DNA of 64,000 nucleotides from Pyrobaculum sp. (GCA_046293555.1 JBKBOT010000002.1:39608-103607), one strand, 5' to 3'. Numbered from the stretch's first letter, positions 29,051-38,436 are shown. Made by a program: numbers and translations. Notes: generated by a model from the letters alone, not told the origin.

Positions 29051-29728
29051 ATGCAGGTGCGGTGGCTGGGACATGCCGCATTTATGGTAGAGATATCTAA
29101 CGCAAGGCTGTTAATTGACCCCTGGATCTCCAACCCGCTATCTCCCGTATCTCTACAGGACATAATAAACGCCAAGCCTACCCACATATTGTTGACTCAC
29201 GACCATTTTGACCACTTGGGGGAATCTGTAGACATAGCGAAAGCCACGGGGGCCCCCATTATGGGGACCTACGAGCTGACGCTTGAGATGGCTGAAAAGG
29301 GGATAGCAGAGGCGCAGACCATCCCAATGAACATAGGGGGCACAGTGAAACTTGGCGATGGGGTAGAGGTCTACATGACGCCAGCCCTCCATACGGCCAA
29401 TAGGGGGGCCCCGTCGGGGTTTGTGATATCGACGCCCGAAGGCGTTATATACCACGCTGGCGACACAGCTCTGTTTAGAGACATGGAGCTTATAGGCCAG
29501 CTTTACGACATAGATGTGGCCTTGTTGCCTATTGGGAGTGTCTTCACCATGGGCCCCCGCGAGGCCGCCTTGGCGACACAGATGTTGACACCCAGGAGGG
29601 TGGTGCCCATGCATTACAACACATTTCCGCTAATTAGACAAGACCCAGAGGACTTCAAGTCGAGAGTTGAGGCCATCTCTCGCGTAAAGGTCTACGTGAT
29701 GAAGCCAGGCGACGTGTTGAAAATCTAA
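29051..29728 (+). CDS. UPF0173 metallo-beta-lactamase-fold hydrolase
   Basis: WLGHA, THDHFDH, YHAGDT, LPIG, PMHYNTF. Confidence 0.92.
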   Translation: MQVRWLGHAAFMVEISNARLLIDPWISNPLSPVSLQDIINAKPTHILLTHDHFDHLGESVDIAKATGAPIMGTYELTLEMAEKGIAEAQTIPMNIGGTVKLGDGVEVYMTPALHTANRGAPSGFVISTPEGVIYHAGDTALFRDMELIGQLYDIDVALLPIGSVFTMGPREAALATQMLTPRRVVPMHYNTFPLIRQDPEDFKSRVEAISRVKVYVMKPGDVLKI

Positions 29729-29757
29729 TTTTTAAATACCACCTTCCAACCTCCCCC

Positions 29758-31116
29758 ATGTTTCACGTATTTGACGTGGTGGTAGCCGGCGGCGGTACGG
29801 CCGGAGCATATATTTCTTACCTCCTGTCGAAAGCCGGCTTTAAGGTGGCTCTACTGGAGTCAAAAAGTGGCGACCAGCTTGGGGTAAAGACTTGTGGCGA
29901 CGGGCTGGGATTGCACCATGTGGAGCGCATGTCTCGTCACCTCCAGCCAAACCCCAAGGTGTTTCAAAACAAGATAGAGGGGGTCGAGTTGATAAGTCCA
30001 GACGAGAAGACGCGACTTACCATAAGGGGCGAGGGGTATGTGTTAGACCGGTTTAGATGGGGTAAGTGGCTTATCGAAGAGGCCGTGAGGGCTGGCGCCA
30101 CTCTATTTGAAGGCCATACGGCCACAACGCCGTTGGTAGAAAACGGCAAGGTGGTTGGCGTAAAGGCTGTGGAGAGGAAAGGCGGCGTGACCATGGAGTT
30201 TAGGGCGAGGGTGGTGGTGGACTCCACAGGCTCTGCGGCAATTTTGAGGACAAAGTTAGACGGATGGCTGATATCAGAGCGGCTACATCCAGAAGACGTC
30301 TCACATGCATATAGAGAGATTATATACATAGAAAAGCCCATCGAAAGGCCGGAATACATAAAGATCTATCTAGACATGACTGTAGCGCCTGGGGGGTATT
30401 GGTGGATCTTTCCACGGAGCGCCACAATGCTTAACGTAGGGCTGGGGATTTGGGGGGTCTTGAAACAAAACCCGAGAGCTAACTACGACAAGTTCATTTT
30501 GCCCAGATTTAAAGTGACGGAGAAATATCACATCGGTGGGGGCTTTATACCGACGAGAAGGCCGCTTAGATCTCTTGTGGGCAGCGGCATGGTGGCATTA
30601 GGAGATGCGGCTGCTGCGGTAAATCCCATTCACGGCGGCGGTATCGGGCAGGCCTTATTGACGGCAGAGCTGGCCTCTAAGGTGGTCGCAAGGGCCTTTG
30701 AGACTGGCGACTTCTCTGAAGAGGGGCTTTGGGAATATAACGTGTTATACATGCGGGAGTGGGGCTATAGACAGGCGCAACTAGACGTGCTTAGGCTAAT
30801 GCTACAGACTTTAGATAATGACGATCTGAATTTTGGCTTGTCGCGTAAGATCTTAAACGAGGAAGAGATCTACCACCTGGCTGCAAAAGGGACAAACCTC
30901 TCGCTTTTAGACAAGTTTAGGATCATGATGCAGTTTATGGGGAGGCCCGCCTTGATTAAAAAACTCAGTCTCTCTATCCAATACGCCAAAGAGATTGGCG
31001 ACTTGTACTACTCATATCCTCAACACAGATCTGACCTAGAAAGGTGGCATTGGCAGGTGGTACAGAGTTATAACGAGTTTAGAGACAGGGTTGGCCTGGG
31101 CCCTCTGCCTACCTAA
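29758..31116 (+). CDS. Geranylgeranyl reductase (digeranylgeranylglycerophospholipid reductase)
   Basis: GGGTAG, KTCGDG, PGGYWWIFP, GDAA..NPIHGGG. Confidence 0.9.
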   Translation: MFHVFDVVVAGGGTAGAYISYLLSKAGFKVALLESKSGDQLGVKTCGDGLGLHHVERMSRHLQPNPKVFQNKIEGVELISPDEKTRLTIRGEGYVLDRFRWGKWLIEEAVRAGATLFEGHTATTPLVENGKVVGVKAVERKGGVTMEFRARVVVDSTGSAAILRTKLDGWLISERLHPEDVSHAYREIIYIEKPIERPEYIKIYLDMTVAPGGYWWIFPRSATMLNVGLGIWGVLKQNPRANYDKFILPRFKVTEKYHIGGGFIPTRRPLRSLVGSGMVALGDAAAAVNPIHGGGIGQALLTAELASKVVARAFETGDFSEEGLWEYNVLYMREWGYRQAQLDVLRLMLQTLDNDDLNFGLSRKILNEEEIYHLAAKGTNLSLLDKFRIMMQFMGRPALIKKLSLSIQYAKEIGDLYYSYPQHRSDLERWHWQVVQSYNEFRDRVGLGPLPT

Positions 31117-31673
31117 TGGCCACAGAGTTTTTGGAATATGTAAAACTTCTCTACCAAAGAGGCCACCTCACACTCCTCTCGGGCAATGTGTCTATACGTG
31201 ACGGCGATTTGATACTCATTACGCCTACCAGCCGTCCAAAACCCTTTTTGACTGTAGACGAGCTTGTGTGGATTGACGAATATGGAAATGTGGCGCGGGG
31301 CCGCCTGAAGCCGTCTAGCGAGTGGCGGCTACATGTGGAGATATACAAAAGGCGGTATGACGTAAGCGCCGTAGTACACACGCACGATGTCTTGCCCACA
31401 GTTTTGGCAGAACGTATAGACACCTCGCTGTTGTCTGAGGCAGAGGCCTATCTGGGGTCTGACATAGCTATTGTGCCATACATAAGGCCAGGCACTTTCG
31501 AGCTGGCTGAAGCCACGGCGGCGGCGTTGAGAGAAAAAAATGTGGCTATCCTCCAGAAACACGGCGTCGTGGCCGTGGGGAGAGACCTAGCAGAGGCGGT
31601 AAATAGAATTGAGGTGGTGGTGGATCTAGCCAACGCCGTTTTGTACAGAGAATTAATTAAAAACAGGTCTTAA
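31116..31673 (+). CDS. Class II aldolase/adducin-family protein
   Basis: SGNVS, ITPT, PSSEWRLH, VHTH, KHG. Confidence 0.9.
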   Translation: MATEFLEYVKLLYQRGHLTLLSGNVSIRDGDLILITPTSRPKPFLTVDELVWIDEYGNVARGRLKPSSEWRLHVEIYKRRYDVSAVVHTHDVLPTVLAERIDTSLLSEAEAYLGSDIAIVPYIRPGTFELAEATAAALREKNVAILQKHGVVAVGRDLAEAVNRIEVVVDLANAVLYRELIKNRS

Positions 31674-31678
31674 CCCTT

Positions 31679-32311
31679 GTGGAGTGTACCAGCCGTAAGT
31701 TATATGCAGACCTACTGGCACTGGCATCTGTAGAGGGGATGTCTATAGCAGAGGCGGCAAAAGCCCTATGTATGACGCGACAGGGTCTATACAAGTTGGT
31801 AAAGTCGCTGAGAGAAAGGGGATATCTTGAAGAAGGCCCCACAGTTGCGCTTTCTCAAAAAGGTAGAGATTTTTTAAGCTTGTTGCTTAAAGATCTGTTG
31901 AAATACTTCAAGATTACGTCAATTAGGCTCTCTGGTTTTGTCACCAGCGGCTTGGGGGAGGGCGCTTTCTATATGTCGCTAGAGGGCTACAGAAAGTCGC
32001 TAGAGAGGGCGCTGGGCTTTTCTCCTTATCCGGGGACGTTAAACATAAGGCTAGACGCCGAGTCGATACCGCGGAGGAGATATCTAGACGGGCTGCCGGG
32101 GGTGTATATACCCGGTTTTTCTAACGGCCTTAGAACCTACGGGGCGGTGAAGGCCTTTAGAGCCAAGATCGGGGAGGTGGAAGGGGCCGTGGTGATGCCG
32201 GAGAGAACACACCACGCCATAGATATAATTGAGGTAATTGCCCCCATGAGGCTTAGAGATGTCTTAAACCTTAAAGACGGCGACCACGTCGAGATGGAGG
32301 TCTATTTATAA
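31679..32311 (+). CDS. ribK: CTP-dependent riboflavin kinase with N-terminal HTH (RbkR type)
   Basis: SGLGEGAFY, PYPGTLN, PERTHH, IEVIAP; N-terminal wHTH. Confidence 0.92.
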   Translation: MECTSRKLYADLLALASVEGMSIAEAAKALCMTRQGLYKLVKSLRERGYLEEGPTVALSQKGRDFLSLLLKDLLKYFKITSIRLSGFVTSGLGEGAFYMSLEGYRKSLERALGFSPYPGTLNIRLDAESIPRRRYLDGLPGVYIPGFSNGLRTYGAVKAFRAKIGEVEGAVVMPERTHHAIDIIEVIAPMRLRDVLNLKDGDHVEMEVYL

Positions 32312-32341
32312 GATTTATATAGCCGACGTCTGCGGCTTAGT

Positions 32342-33697
32342 GTGAGAGAGATAGGCATTGTGGTCAGTGGTGTTACCATAGGGTCTATACCAGTCCAGAT
32401 ATACCGCGTTGCAGAACGTCACGCGTTAGAAGAACAGCTAGTGGGGGTGGTAGATAGGGAGAGAGGAGATGAGATAATCGTGGGGTTTCTACGCAGGATA
32501 ACAAAACTCGAGCCCGTGATTAAAGACAAGGTGAGGACCCCATATGTGGACAAGCCAGAAATGATGGACCAAGGGGTGCTCCTCCCATATACATCTGCAA
32601 TTGTAAAGCCCTATGTAAGCATCAAGGGGGGGAAGGTTTGTGAGGTGTCACATGTGGCCACGCCGGGGTCGAGAGTTTACCTACTCGACTCCTCTACCCT
32701 ACAGGACGTATTTCTGGGAGACTACAGCCACGTGGGGTTTCATAAGTACTCCCTATGGCCTCTGCCTTTAGATATAAGCTATGTGACACACCACGTGGGG
32801 GTCTTCGGCGCCACGGGTATGGGCAAGTCCCGTCTCGTGAGGGCCTTAATTAACGAGCTAGCTTCGAGGGGGTATAAAGTGGTGGTTTTTGACCACACGG
32901 GGGTTGACTACGCCTCCCACTACCCCACAGTGGTGAGATCTTCTGAGGTAAAGATCCCCCCAAACGTGTTGGCCTCCGTGTTGGCAAAGGTGACCCAACT
33001 CTCGTGGCAGACATACGGCGACTACCTAGAAATTGCCACCATGACGTATGAGTCCAGTTGGTCAAAAAAGAGCTTTATCGACCACGTGAGGGGGACAATG
33101 AGGAGACTTGGCGCAAGAGACGCCACCGTGCAGAAAATGGAGTTATACCTAAGGCTTATAGACGACGCCTTTTTTGAGGAGTTAAACAACAGGACCAAGA
33201 CGCCAAGAGACATCTTGTCTATAGAAAACACGCCGGTGGTGGTAGACCTAAGTTACGACACAGACCTCTCTGTAAAACAGGCAATAGTGGCTACAGTCAT
33301 CGAGGCGGCTTGGGAGGAGGTAAAACGCCAGAAAACACAAAAAAAGACGGTATTTGTAATAGACGAGGCGCAGAACTACGCCCCGCAGAGCTGGACTATC
33401 TCTAAAGACGCCATAGAGACCACAGTGCGGGAGGGGAGGAAGTGGGGCCTCTCTATAATATTAGCCAGCCAGAGGATTGTAGGAGATATAGACCCCTCCA
33501 TAAGGGCAAATCTAGGCACCATATTTTTCTCACGGCTGTCGGCCCCCACAGACCTCAGAGAGATCTCCACGTACCTAGATCTAGCCGACGTAAACGAGAG
33601 CGTTTTGGCGCAACTACAGCCAAGAGAGTTTTTTGTGTCGGGCCTAATGAACCCCCTACGCAAGCCGATCTTAATTAAAGTCCGCGACGTAGAGTAA
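32342..33697 (+). CDS. herA: HerA-family ATPase/DNA translocase
   Basis: N-terminal HAS barrel, HVGVFGATGMGKS, FDHTG, IDEAQNYAP, REGRKWG, ASQR. Confidence 0.88.
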   Translation: MREIGIVVSGVTIGSIPVQIYRVAERHALEEQLVGVVDRERGDEIIVGFLRRITKLEPVIKDKVRTPYVDKPEMMDQGVLLPYTSAIVKPYVSIKGGKVCEVSHVATPGSRVYLLDSSTLQDVFLGDYSHVGFHKYSLWPLPLDISYVTHHVGVFGATGMGKSRLVRALINELASRGYKVVVFDHTGVDYASHYPTVVRSSEVKIPPNVLASVLAKVTQLSWQTYGDYLEIATMTYESSWSKKSFIDHVRGTMRRLGARDATVQKMELYLRLIDDAFFEELNNRTKTPRDILSIENTPVVVDLSYDTDLSVKQAIVATVIEAAWEEVKRQKTQKKTVFVIDEAQNYAPQSWTISKDAIETTVREGRKWGLSIILASQRIVGDIDPSIRANLGTIFFSRLSAPTDLREISTYLDLADVNESVLAQLQPREFFVSGLMNPLRKPILIKVRDVE

Positions 33698-33725
33698 GTA
33701 TTTATTTCATAGCCCAGACATCTTC

Positions 33726-34883
33726 GTGGCCAGCGACCTTGATGCCGACTACTGGATAGAACCTGAGCTGATGGTAGCCCTCAGACGTGACATAGAGAGA
33801 CAGGTGGAAAAAATGGCAAAATTGGGAGAGGTGGTAAAAGAGGTTGCCTCTCTAAGGACCGGGCTGGAGATTAAACAAATCGCGAAAACACGTGGCTTTG
33901 ATGTATATGCGGTAGATTCCTCTTTTGCCCCACCGCTGGAGCTTGTAGGAGGATTATTTACAGTCATCACATATGGCTATGTCGGCATTTCAAATGGCGT
34001 CCAGGATAAGTTTATTACAGGCACCCTGTATTTTAACGACGATGAAAATATCTCACGATTCTCCTCGTTGCTAGAAAAGAGGCTGGCCACGAGGCTATTA
34101 GACGCAAAGGCGGGAGGCTATAAGCAGTTCGACTTGTTGATATTAGACGGGGAAATTGCCATACACCCGCTGCCGTATAACCTAGCCGCAGAGGGGGGAC
34201 AACGCGAGGTTGTTAACCATGTGGTAGACAAGATGCTAAAAGCCGCATACATGGGCAAGACCACTGTAGTTGCTATCACAAAAAGGGTGAGGTCGAGATA
34301 TCTCTCCGTGGCAGCGGGCCGATGTCTAGAGATAAACGACAAGGTGGCGACTTCATACATCCTAAGGCCTGGAGAGTACTTCTCTTTGGGTAAACTACGG
34401 GAACTTCTGCCAAAGTGGATTAATATCCATTACCTAGAATGCAGCGGCGTAGATAGAGAGGAGGTGTTGAGATGTTATAAAGATGGAGTCTCGCCTAGAG
34501 ACGCCAAGGCTGAGAAGTTGTGTAAAAGACTTAAAGAATTTAAGGAGAACTTCTCCGCCATCCTTAACTCGCCTAGATACCCCCACCTCCGCCATCTAGG
34601 CGACGTGGAGGTGATATACTATATGCCTCACGGCCACAAGACAGCCGTGCGTATAGAGGTACTCGACTTTGGCAACTACGGGGTAGAAGACATAGTGGCC
34701 TACCTGGCCTCCTCTACTTCCCCAACTACAGGCTATCCACAAGTCTTAGACGCGGTGGATCAATACGTGAGGATAAGCCCAGAGCTTGTCGAGGCCATTC
34801 TGACGGCAGTAACCACGAGAAGTCCAGAACTGGCCCTACTCATGTGGCCGACAAACACGCAAAAAAGGCTAGTGAGGTTCTGA
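33726..34883 (+). CDS. nurA: NurA-family 5'-3' nuclease
   Basis: YAVDSS, ILDG, AITKR, GYPQVLDAVD; directly after herA. Confidence 0.85.
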   Translation: MASDLDADYWIEPELMVALRRDIERQVEKMAKLGEVVKEVASLRTGLEIKQIAKTRGFDVYAVDSSFAPPLELVGGLFTVITYGYVGISNGVQDKFITGTLYFNDDENISRFSSLLEKRLATRLLDAKAGGYKQFDLLILDGEIAIHPLPYNLAAEGGQREVVNHVVDKMLKAAYMGKTTVVAITKRVRSRYLSVAAGRCLEINDKVATSYILRPGEYFSLGKLRELLPKWINIHYLECSGVDREEVLRCYKDGVSPRDAKAEKLCKRLKEFKENFSAILNSPRYPHLRHLGDVEVIYYMPHGHKTAVRIEVLDFGNYGVEDIVAYLASSTSPTTGYPQVLDAVDQYVRISPELVEAILTAVTTRSPELALLMWPTNTQKRLVRF

Positions 34884-34894
34884 CCTAGCATACG

Positions 34895-34990
34895 CCAGGC
34901 CCCCGTGGGGGCCCCCGCCCTGAACAGCTGAAGTGGGCTATCACGGCTGTGCCCATACCCCCCACATCCCGGGCCCGAGGGCTATCCACA
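34895..34990 (+). ncRNA. Candidate K-loop structured RNA (pseudouridine-guide-like?)
   Basis: GC-rich non-coding stretch; GCCCTGA-acagc-TGAAG-t-GGGC enclosed by CCGTG/CACGG; strand uncertain. Confidence 0.3.
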
Positions 34991-35029
34991 CGTAAACGAA
35001 CCTTACGCCAAATGGTTTTCAGACCCCCT

Positions 35030-35450
35030 GTCTGTAGTCTGGCAGCTACCTTAAGACCCTTCCCCTCCTCATATCTAGCCGCAACGCGGCCCCCTATGCT
35101 CTTGGCCACACGGCCCTCAGGAGTTTTTCCTTGCCATTTCTTAGCCTATTTAGCGCAAGGGCGGCTATCTCTACTGGCGAGAGGCCCCCGTAGAACCTCT
35201 GGCAGGTCTACTCTCTGTATATATAGTCACCACAGAGCTGTCCTTAAGCACTGGGTACCTCTTTTTTAGAAATCTTACAAGCTCCACACGGCTAGAAAAG
35301 CCGTTTTGCACTCATCAACTTCCGCCACAGTTATGCCGCCCCCTCCACCTCGGCTAACGTCACAATACGTCCCCTGCCGTGTATATACACGCTATCGCCT
35401 ACCTTTATAACGCCGGGCCTTATGGTAGTTTTCTTTAAGCAAAGTCTTTA
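35030..35450 (-). pseudogene. Degraded ASCH-domain protein gene
   Basis: Fragments in several frames: KKTTIRPGVIKVGDSVYIHGRGRIVTLAEVE*, GFSSRVELVRFLKKRYPVLKDSSVVTI, FYGGLSPVEIAALALNRL. Confidence 0.75.
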
Positions 35451-35470
35451 TGACATCATTATGTGTCGTA

Positions 35471-36418
35471 TCATAACGCAGGCGTCTTGCCGAAACCCTC
35501 TACGTCATATTCGTCCACATCTACTGGAAATATCCTAACCCCTATAACCCGCCGCTTTGTGGCAGAAATGGCGGCGAGGTCGTACAAAAGCCTTTTTACC
35601 TCACCCCACTCCCGTATCTTTACTGGGGCCATGTCTAAGCCCGGCACGCAGACCGCCGTGTAGCTAACAAGCTTGTCTAGATTTAAAGCGCCTTCACGTA
35701 CTAACCTCTTTATCTCCTCGTCTTCAGCCACAGGCAACATCACCTCGTTGAAGCCAGTCTTCTTGACTCCAGCCCTCTCTATGGCTTGGTTTATTTTATA
35801 AATCGCGTCGTGTGACCCAAAAGCCCCAAGCCTGATGTTAAACAGCCTCTCCACAGCCTTTGCCACACTCTCGTGCCCCCATGGCGACAGGGAGCCGTCA
35901 ACCCCTATGAACTCTACGCCGAGAGATGACGCCACCTGCATGCCGACTTCCTCCCCCCTCTTTAACACAGTCTCCACATCCTCTAGGCTGTTTAAATCAT
36001 TTGGGTAGAGAAGCGAGATGGACACCCCGCGTCTTGTCGTAACAGAAAGCGGGAAATACGGCGAGTTGTACACCGCCCCGCCTAGAGACAACGCCACATA
36101 GCGGGCGAGGTGGACCTCGCCTACATGTACTCTCTTCAAAAATCTCATATATTCCACCACGTCGCTTAACGAGGCAAAGACGCCATATTGAGAGACATAG
36201 CTATACACCTCGTCTGCGTCATAACGTAGGTGAAGAGCCGAGATGTACTTCACACCAAGATCTCTAAGTCGGGGGATTAACCTCCCCACGTCGCCTCTTG
36301 GCGAGATGGAGACTCTAACTGTGGCGGGATCCACAGCCTTGGCCACATCTAGGAACTTCTCCACTATGGAGAGATCTTCATCTCCCGTCAGATGTAGTGT
36401 AACTGACCGAACTTTCAT
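35471..36418 (-). CDS. DUF711 (UPF0210) family protein
   Basis: MKVRSVT, SPYFP, GVDGSLSPW, GFNEVMLPVAED, VCVPGLDM. Confidence 0.85.
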   Translation of the reverse strand: MKVRSVTLHLTGDEDLSIVEKFLDVAKAVDPATVRVSISPRGDVGRLIPRLRDLGVKYISALHLRYDADEVYSYVSQYGVFASLSDVVEYMRFLKRVHVGEVHLARYVALSLGGAVYNSPYFPLSVTTRRGVSISLLYPNDLNSLEDVETVLKRGEEVGMQVASSLGVEFIGVDGSLSPWGHESVAKAVERLFNIRLGAFGSHDAIYKINQAIERAGVKKTGFNEVMLPVAEDEEIKRLVREGALNLDKLVSYTAVCVPGLDMAPVKIREWGEVKRLLYDLAAISATKRRVIGVRIFPVDVDEYDVEGFGKTPAL

Positions 36419-37311
36419 CAGTAATACCAGGTGGCTAGATGTAAATGTTCCGGCGGATATCTAGACAGGGAGTTCGCCTTACACACATCCTTAAAGGGAC
36501 ATACGCCGCATTGGGGTCCTTCCCGCCTACATATAGACCTCCCGAAACTCCAAAGAAAGTCGTCAAGAAGGAAGGGATGTATATCTACAAACCTGCTGAC
36601 AACCCTCCACCCAGTCTTCACAACCTCTCTCAGCCTCACGTCCTCCTCCCGTGTGGCCTCCACCCCGCTTTCTAAAAAGCCGTAGTCTATATCCACCACG
36701 CCCAGCCTATAGGCCACTCTCGAGAGGTGGTTATCTACAGCCACGTCTGCCTCTTCCACATCTCTAAACTCCGCCAGCTTTCTGCCCCACAGAAACTTTG
36801 CTAACAACATGGCCTTTTTCCCCACTGGGTCCTCATAGGCTCTGATGTTTGCCAGCTCTATCTTTAACTTCTTTAAAGTATCTACAGAAAGCAAGGCCTC
36901 AAAGCCGCCTCGAGCCGCCACCTTTTTCCCCAAGTCTCTCAAGAGGTATACCCTCGTGTAGAAATCCCACACCTTTTTCTCACCTATGGCGAGAAGCCCT
37001 GTCGCATCTACAGGCGTTAAATTTGCCAGCCTTTCGGCCTTAAAAAACCCCCTGTCGTAAAGAATTCTCCCCAGCCTATATAGAGCGTCGGCGCCGTGGT
37101 AAAACCTCCCCCCTATCTCCCCCTCAAAGGCGTCCCAGGGGGTGGAGGTCCTGTGGTCTATGGCCACCATGGCTGTGAAATACGCCAGCTGGCTTTCTCT
37201 AGGGTCGCCGGGTGGGGGGTAGAAAAGGGGATTTAGGTAGTCCTGCCTTATTTCCACCCTTTTTAAGACCTCTGCCACCTCTTCCGCCTTATCTACATCT
37301 ATGGCGACCAC
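36418..37311 (-). CDS. QNG1/DUF2419-like HhH-fold glycosylase with EndoIII-type Fe-S cluster loop
   Basis: DPVGKKAML, AVDNHLSRVAYRLG, LDDFLW, CX6CX2CX5C, C-terminal HLHLATWYY; probable GTG start at 37311. Confidence 0.7.
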   Translation of the reverse strand: MVAIDVDKAEEVAEVLKRVEIRQDYLNPLFYPPPGDPRESQLAYFTAMVAIDHRTSTPWDAFEGEIGGRFYHGADALYRLGRILYDRGFFKAERLANLTPVDATGLLAIGEKKVWDFYTRVYLLRDLGKKVAARGGFEALLSVDTLKKLKIELANIRAYEDPVGKKAMLLAKFLWGRKLAEFRDVEEADVAVDNHLSRVAYRLGVVDIDYGFLESGVEATREEDVRLREVVKTGWRVVSRFVDIHPFLLDDFLWSFGRSICRREGPQCGVCPFKDVCKANSLSRYPPEHLHLATWYY

Positions 37312-37351
37312 GTGACTTCTCAGACATATAAATAAATAACATGCCGAAGCC

Positions 37352-37729
37352 GTGAGAACCTGTGTGGAGCTCAGAGGAAGCATCTCGGTGGCGCATAACC
37401 CCTCTTTTTCGCCAGAGTGGAGTAGAGTACATGGACACGACTATATAATAACTGTGGGCATATGTAAGGAGGGTTATGTCGAACTAGTGGTAGACGCGGG
37501 AGAAGCTGGAAAAAAGCTGGAGGCAGTGCTTACACATATGGATGGCAGATATCTCGCCTCAAGTGTGGAAAAAGACGTGCCGCAAGGCGCCTATGTGGTG
37601 CCTTGCAGCCTGCCGGGAGTTAGCGGCGAGTGTATTGCCAGACATGTTGCAGAACTTATAGACGCCACCTGGGTGAGGGTATGTGAGAGCGGGCTTGGGG
37701 GGCCATGCTTCTATTTTGAAAAAACTTAA
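37352..37729 (+). CDS. QueD/PTPS-family (COG0720) protein lacking the canonical catalytic Cys
   Basis: SVAH, SPEWSRVHGHDY, MDGRYL, SGECIA, VRVCES T-fold motifs. Confidence 0.8.
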   Translation: MRTCVELRGSISVAHNPSFSPEWSRVHGHDYIITVGICKEGYVELVVDAGEAGKKLEAVLTHMDGRYLASSVEKDVPQGAYVVPCSLPGVSGECIARHVAELIDATWVRVCESGLGGPCFYFEKT

Positions 37730-37751
37730 AAAGCTACACCGAGATGGCTAT

Positions 37752-38042
37752 ATGAAACTAGTGGTGAAGTTTTTAGCTACCCTCTACGACATTACGGGGG
37801 TGTTAAAGACAGAGGTTGAAGTGCCAGACGGCATGACGGTTAGACAACTTATTGACCTGCTAGACGGGCGGTTTAAGATTAAGAAAGAGCTGCTAGACGA
37901 GGGGGGCCAGCTCAAGCCTATGTACAACGTCTTGGTTAACGGGAGGGCCATAGAGTGGCTCGGGGGGCTGGAGACAAGGCTGAAAGACGGCGACGAGGTG
38001 GTCTTTATCCCCCCGGCGGCTGGCGGCACGGATCCCACGTAA
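37752..38042 (+). CDS. MoaD/SAMP ubiquitin-like protein
   Basis: VKFLATL, NVLVNG, LKDGDEVVFIPPAAGG followed by TDPT; ATG 37752. Confidence 0.9.
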   Translation: MKLVVKFLATLYDITGVLKTEVEVPDGMTVRQLIDLLDGRFKIKKELLDEGGQLKPMYNVLVNGRAIEWLGGLETRLKDGDEVVFIPPAAGGTDPT

Positions 38043-38436
38043 TATATTCGCCACAGCCGTAAGACAGAACTACATCGCAGAACACTATCACATGTTCGCC
38101 TACCTCCACCTCGCCCCTATATGTGCACTCCACCACCCTGCTTGCATCACCCAGGGCGTTACATTTAAGAAGCCTACAGGGGGCCACGTTTCCCCATCTA
38201 GCCAGCTTGTCTTCCCCCGGCTTTCCAAACACCTCGAGAGCCCGCCAGTCCCCCACTAGGTTTAGGGTAAACATCCCCTCCTGTCGAATAAGCGACAGAG
38301 TTTTGCGGCTTTTATGTAGCGGCACCCCAACTCTCGGCACCTCTCCGGGAATCACGATGGGCCATCCCACCACCGCGCCGTGATTCCCCACTACTAGAAC
38401 CAGGACGGGGGTGGGCAGCGGCGATTTTTCACACAC
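38005..38436 (-). CDS. Flavin reductase-like FMN-binding protein
   Basis: PTPVLVL, TLSLI..GMFTLN, DK, VEC, VGEH; probable GTG start at 38436. Confidence 0.72.
   Translation of the reverse strand: MCEKSPLPTPVLVLVVGNHGAVVGWPIVIPGEVPRVGVPLHKSRKTLSLIRQEGMFTLNLVGDWRALEVFGKPGEDKLARWGNVAPCRLLKCNALGDASRVVECTYRGEVEVGEHVIVFCDVVLSYGCGEYITWDPCRQPPGG

Noticed and set aside
29696-29750. GTGATGA box C at the end of the hydrolase gene
   Set aside because: No box D at the expected distance
34884-34990. RNase P or SRP RNA
   Set aside because: Too short and lacks recognisable conserved regions of either RNA
34885-35269. ORFs 34885..35109 (-) and 34949..35269 (+)
   Set aside because: No motifs; better explained by the ASCH pseudogene and the GC-rich element
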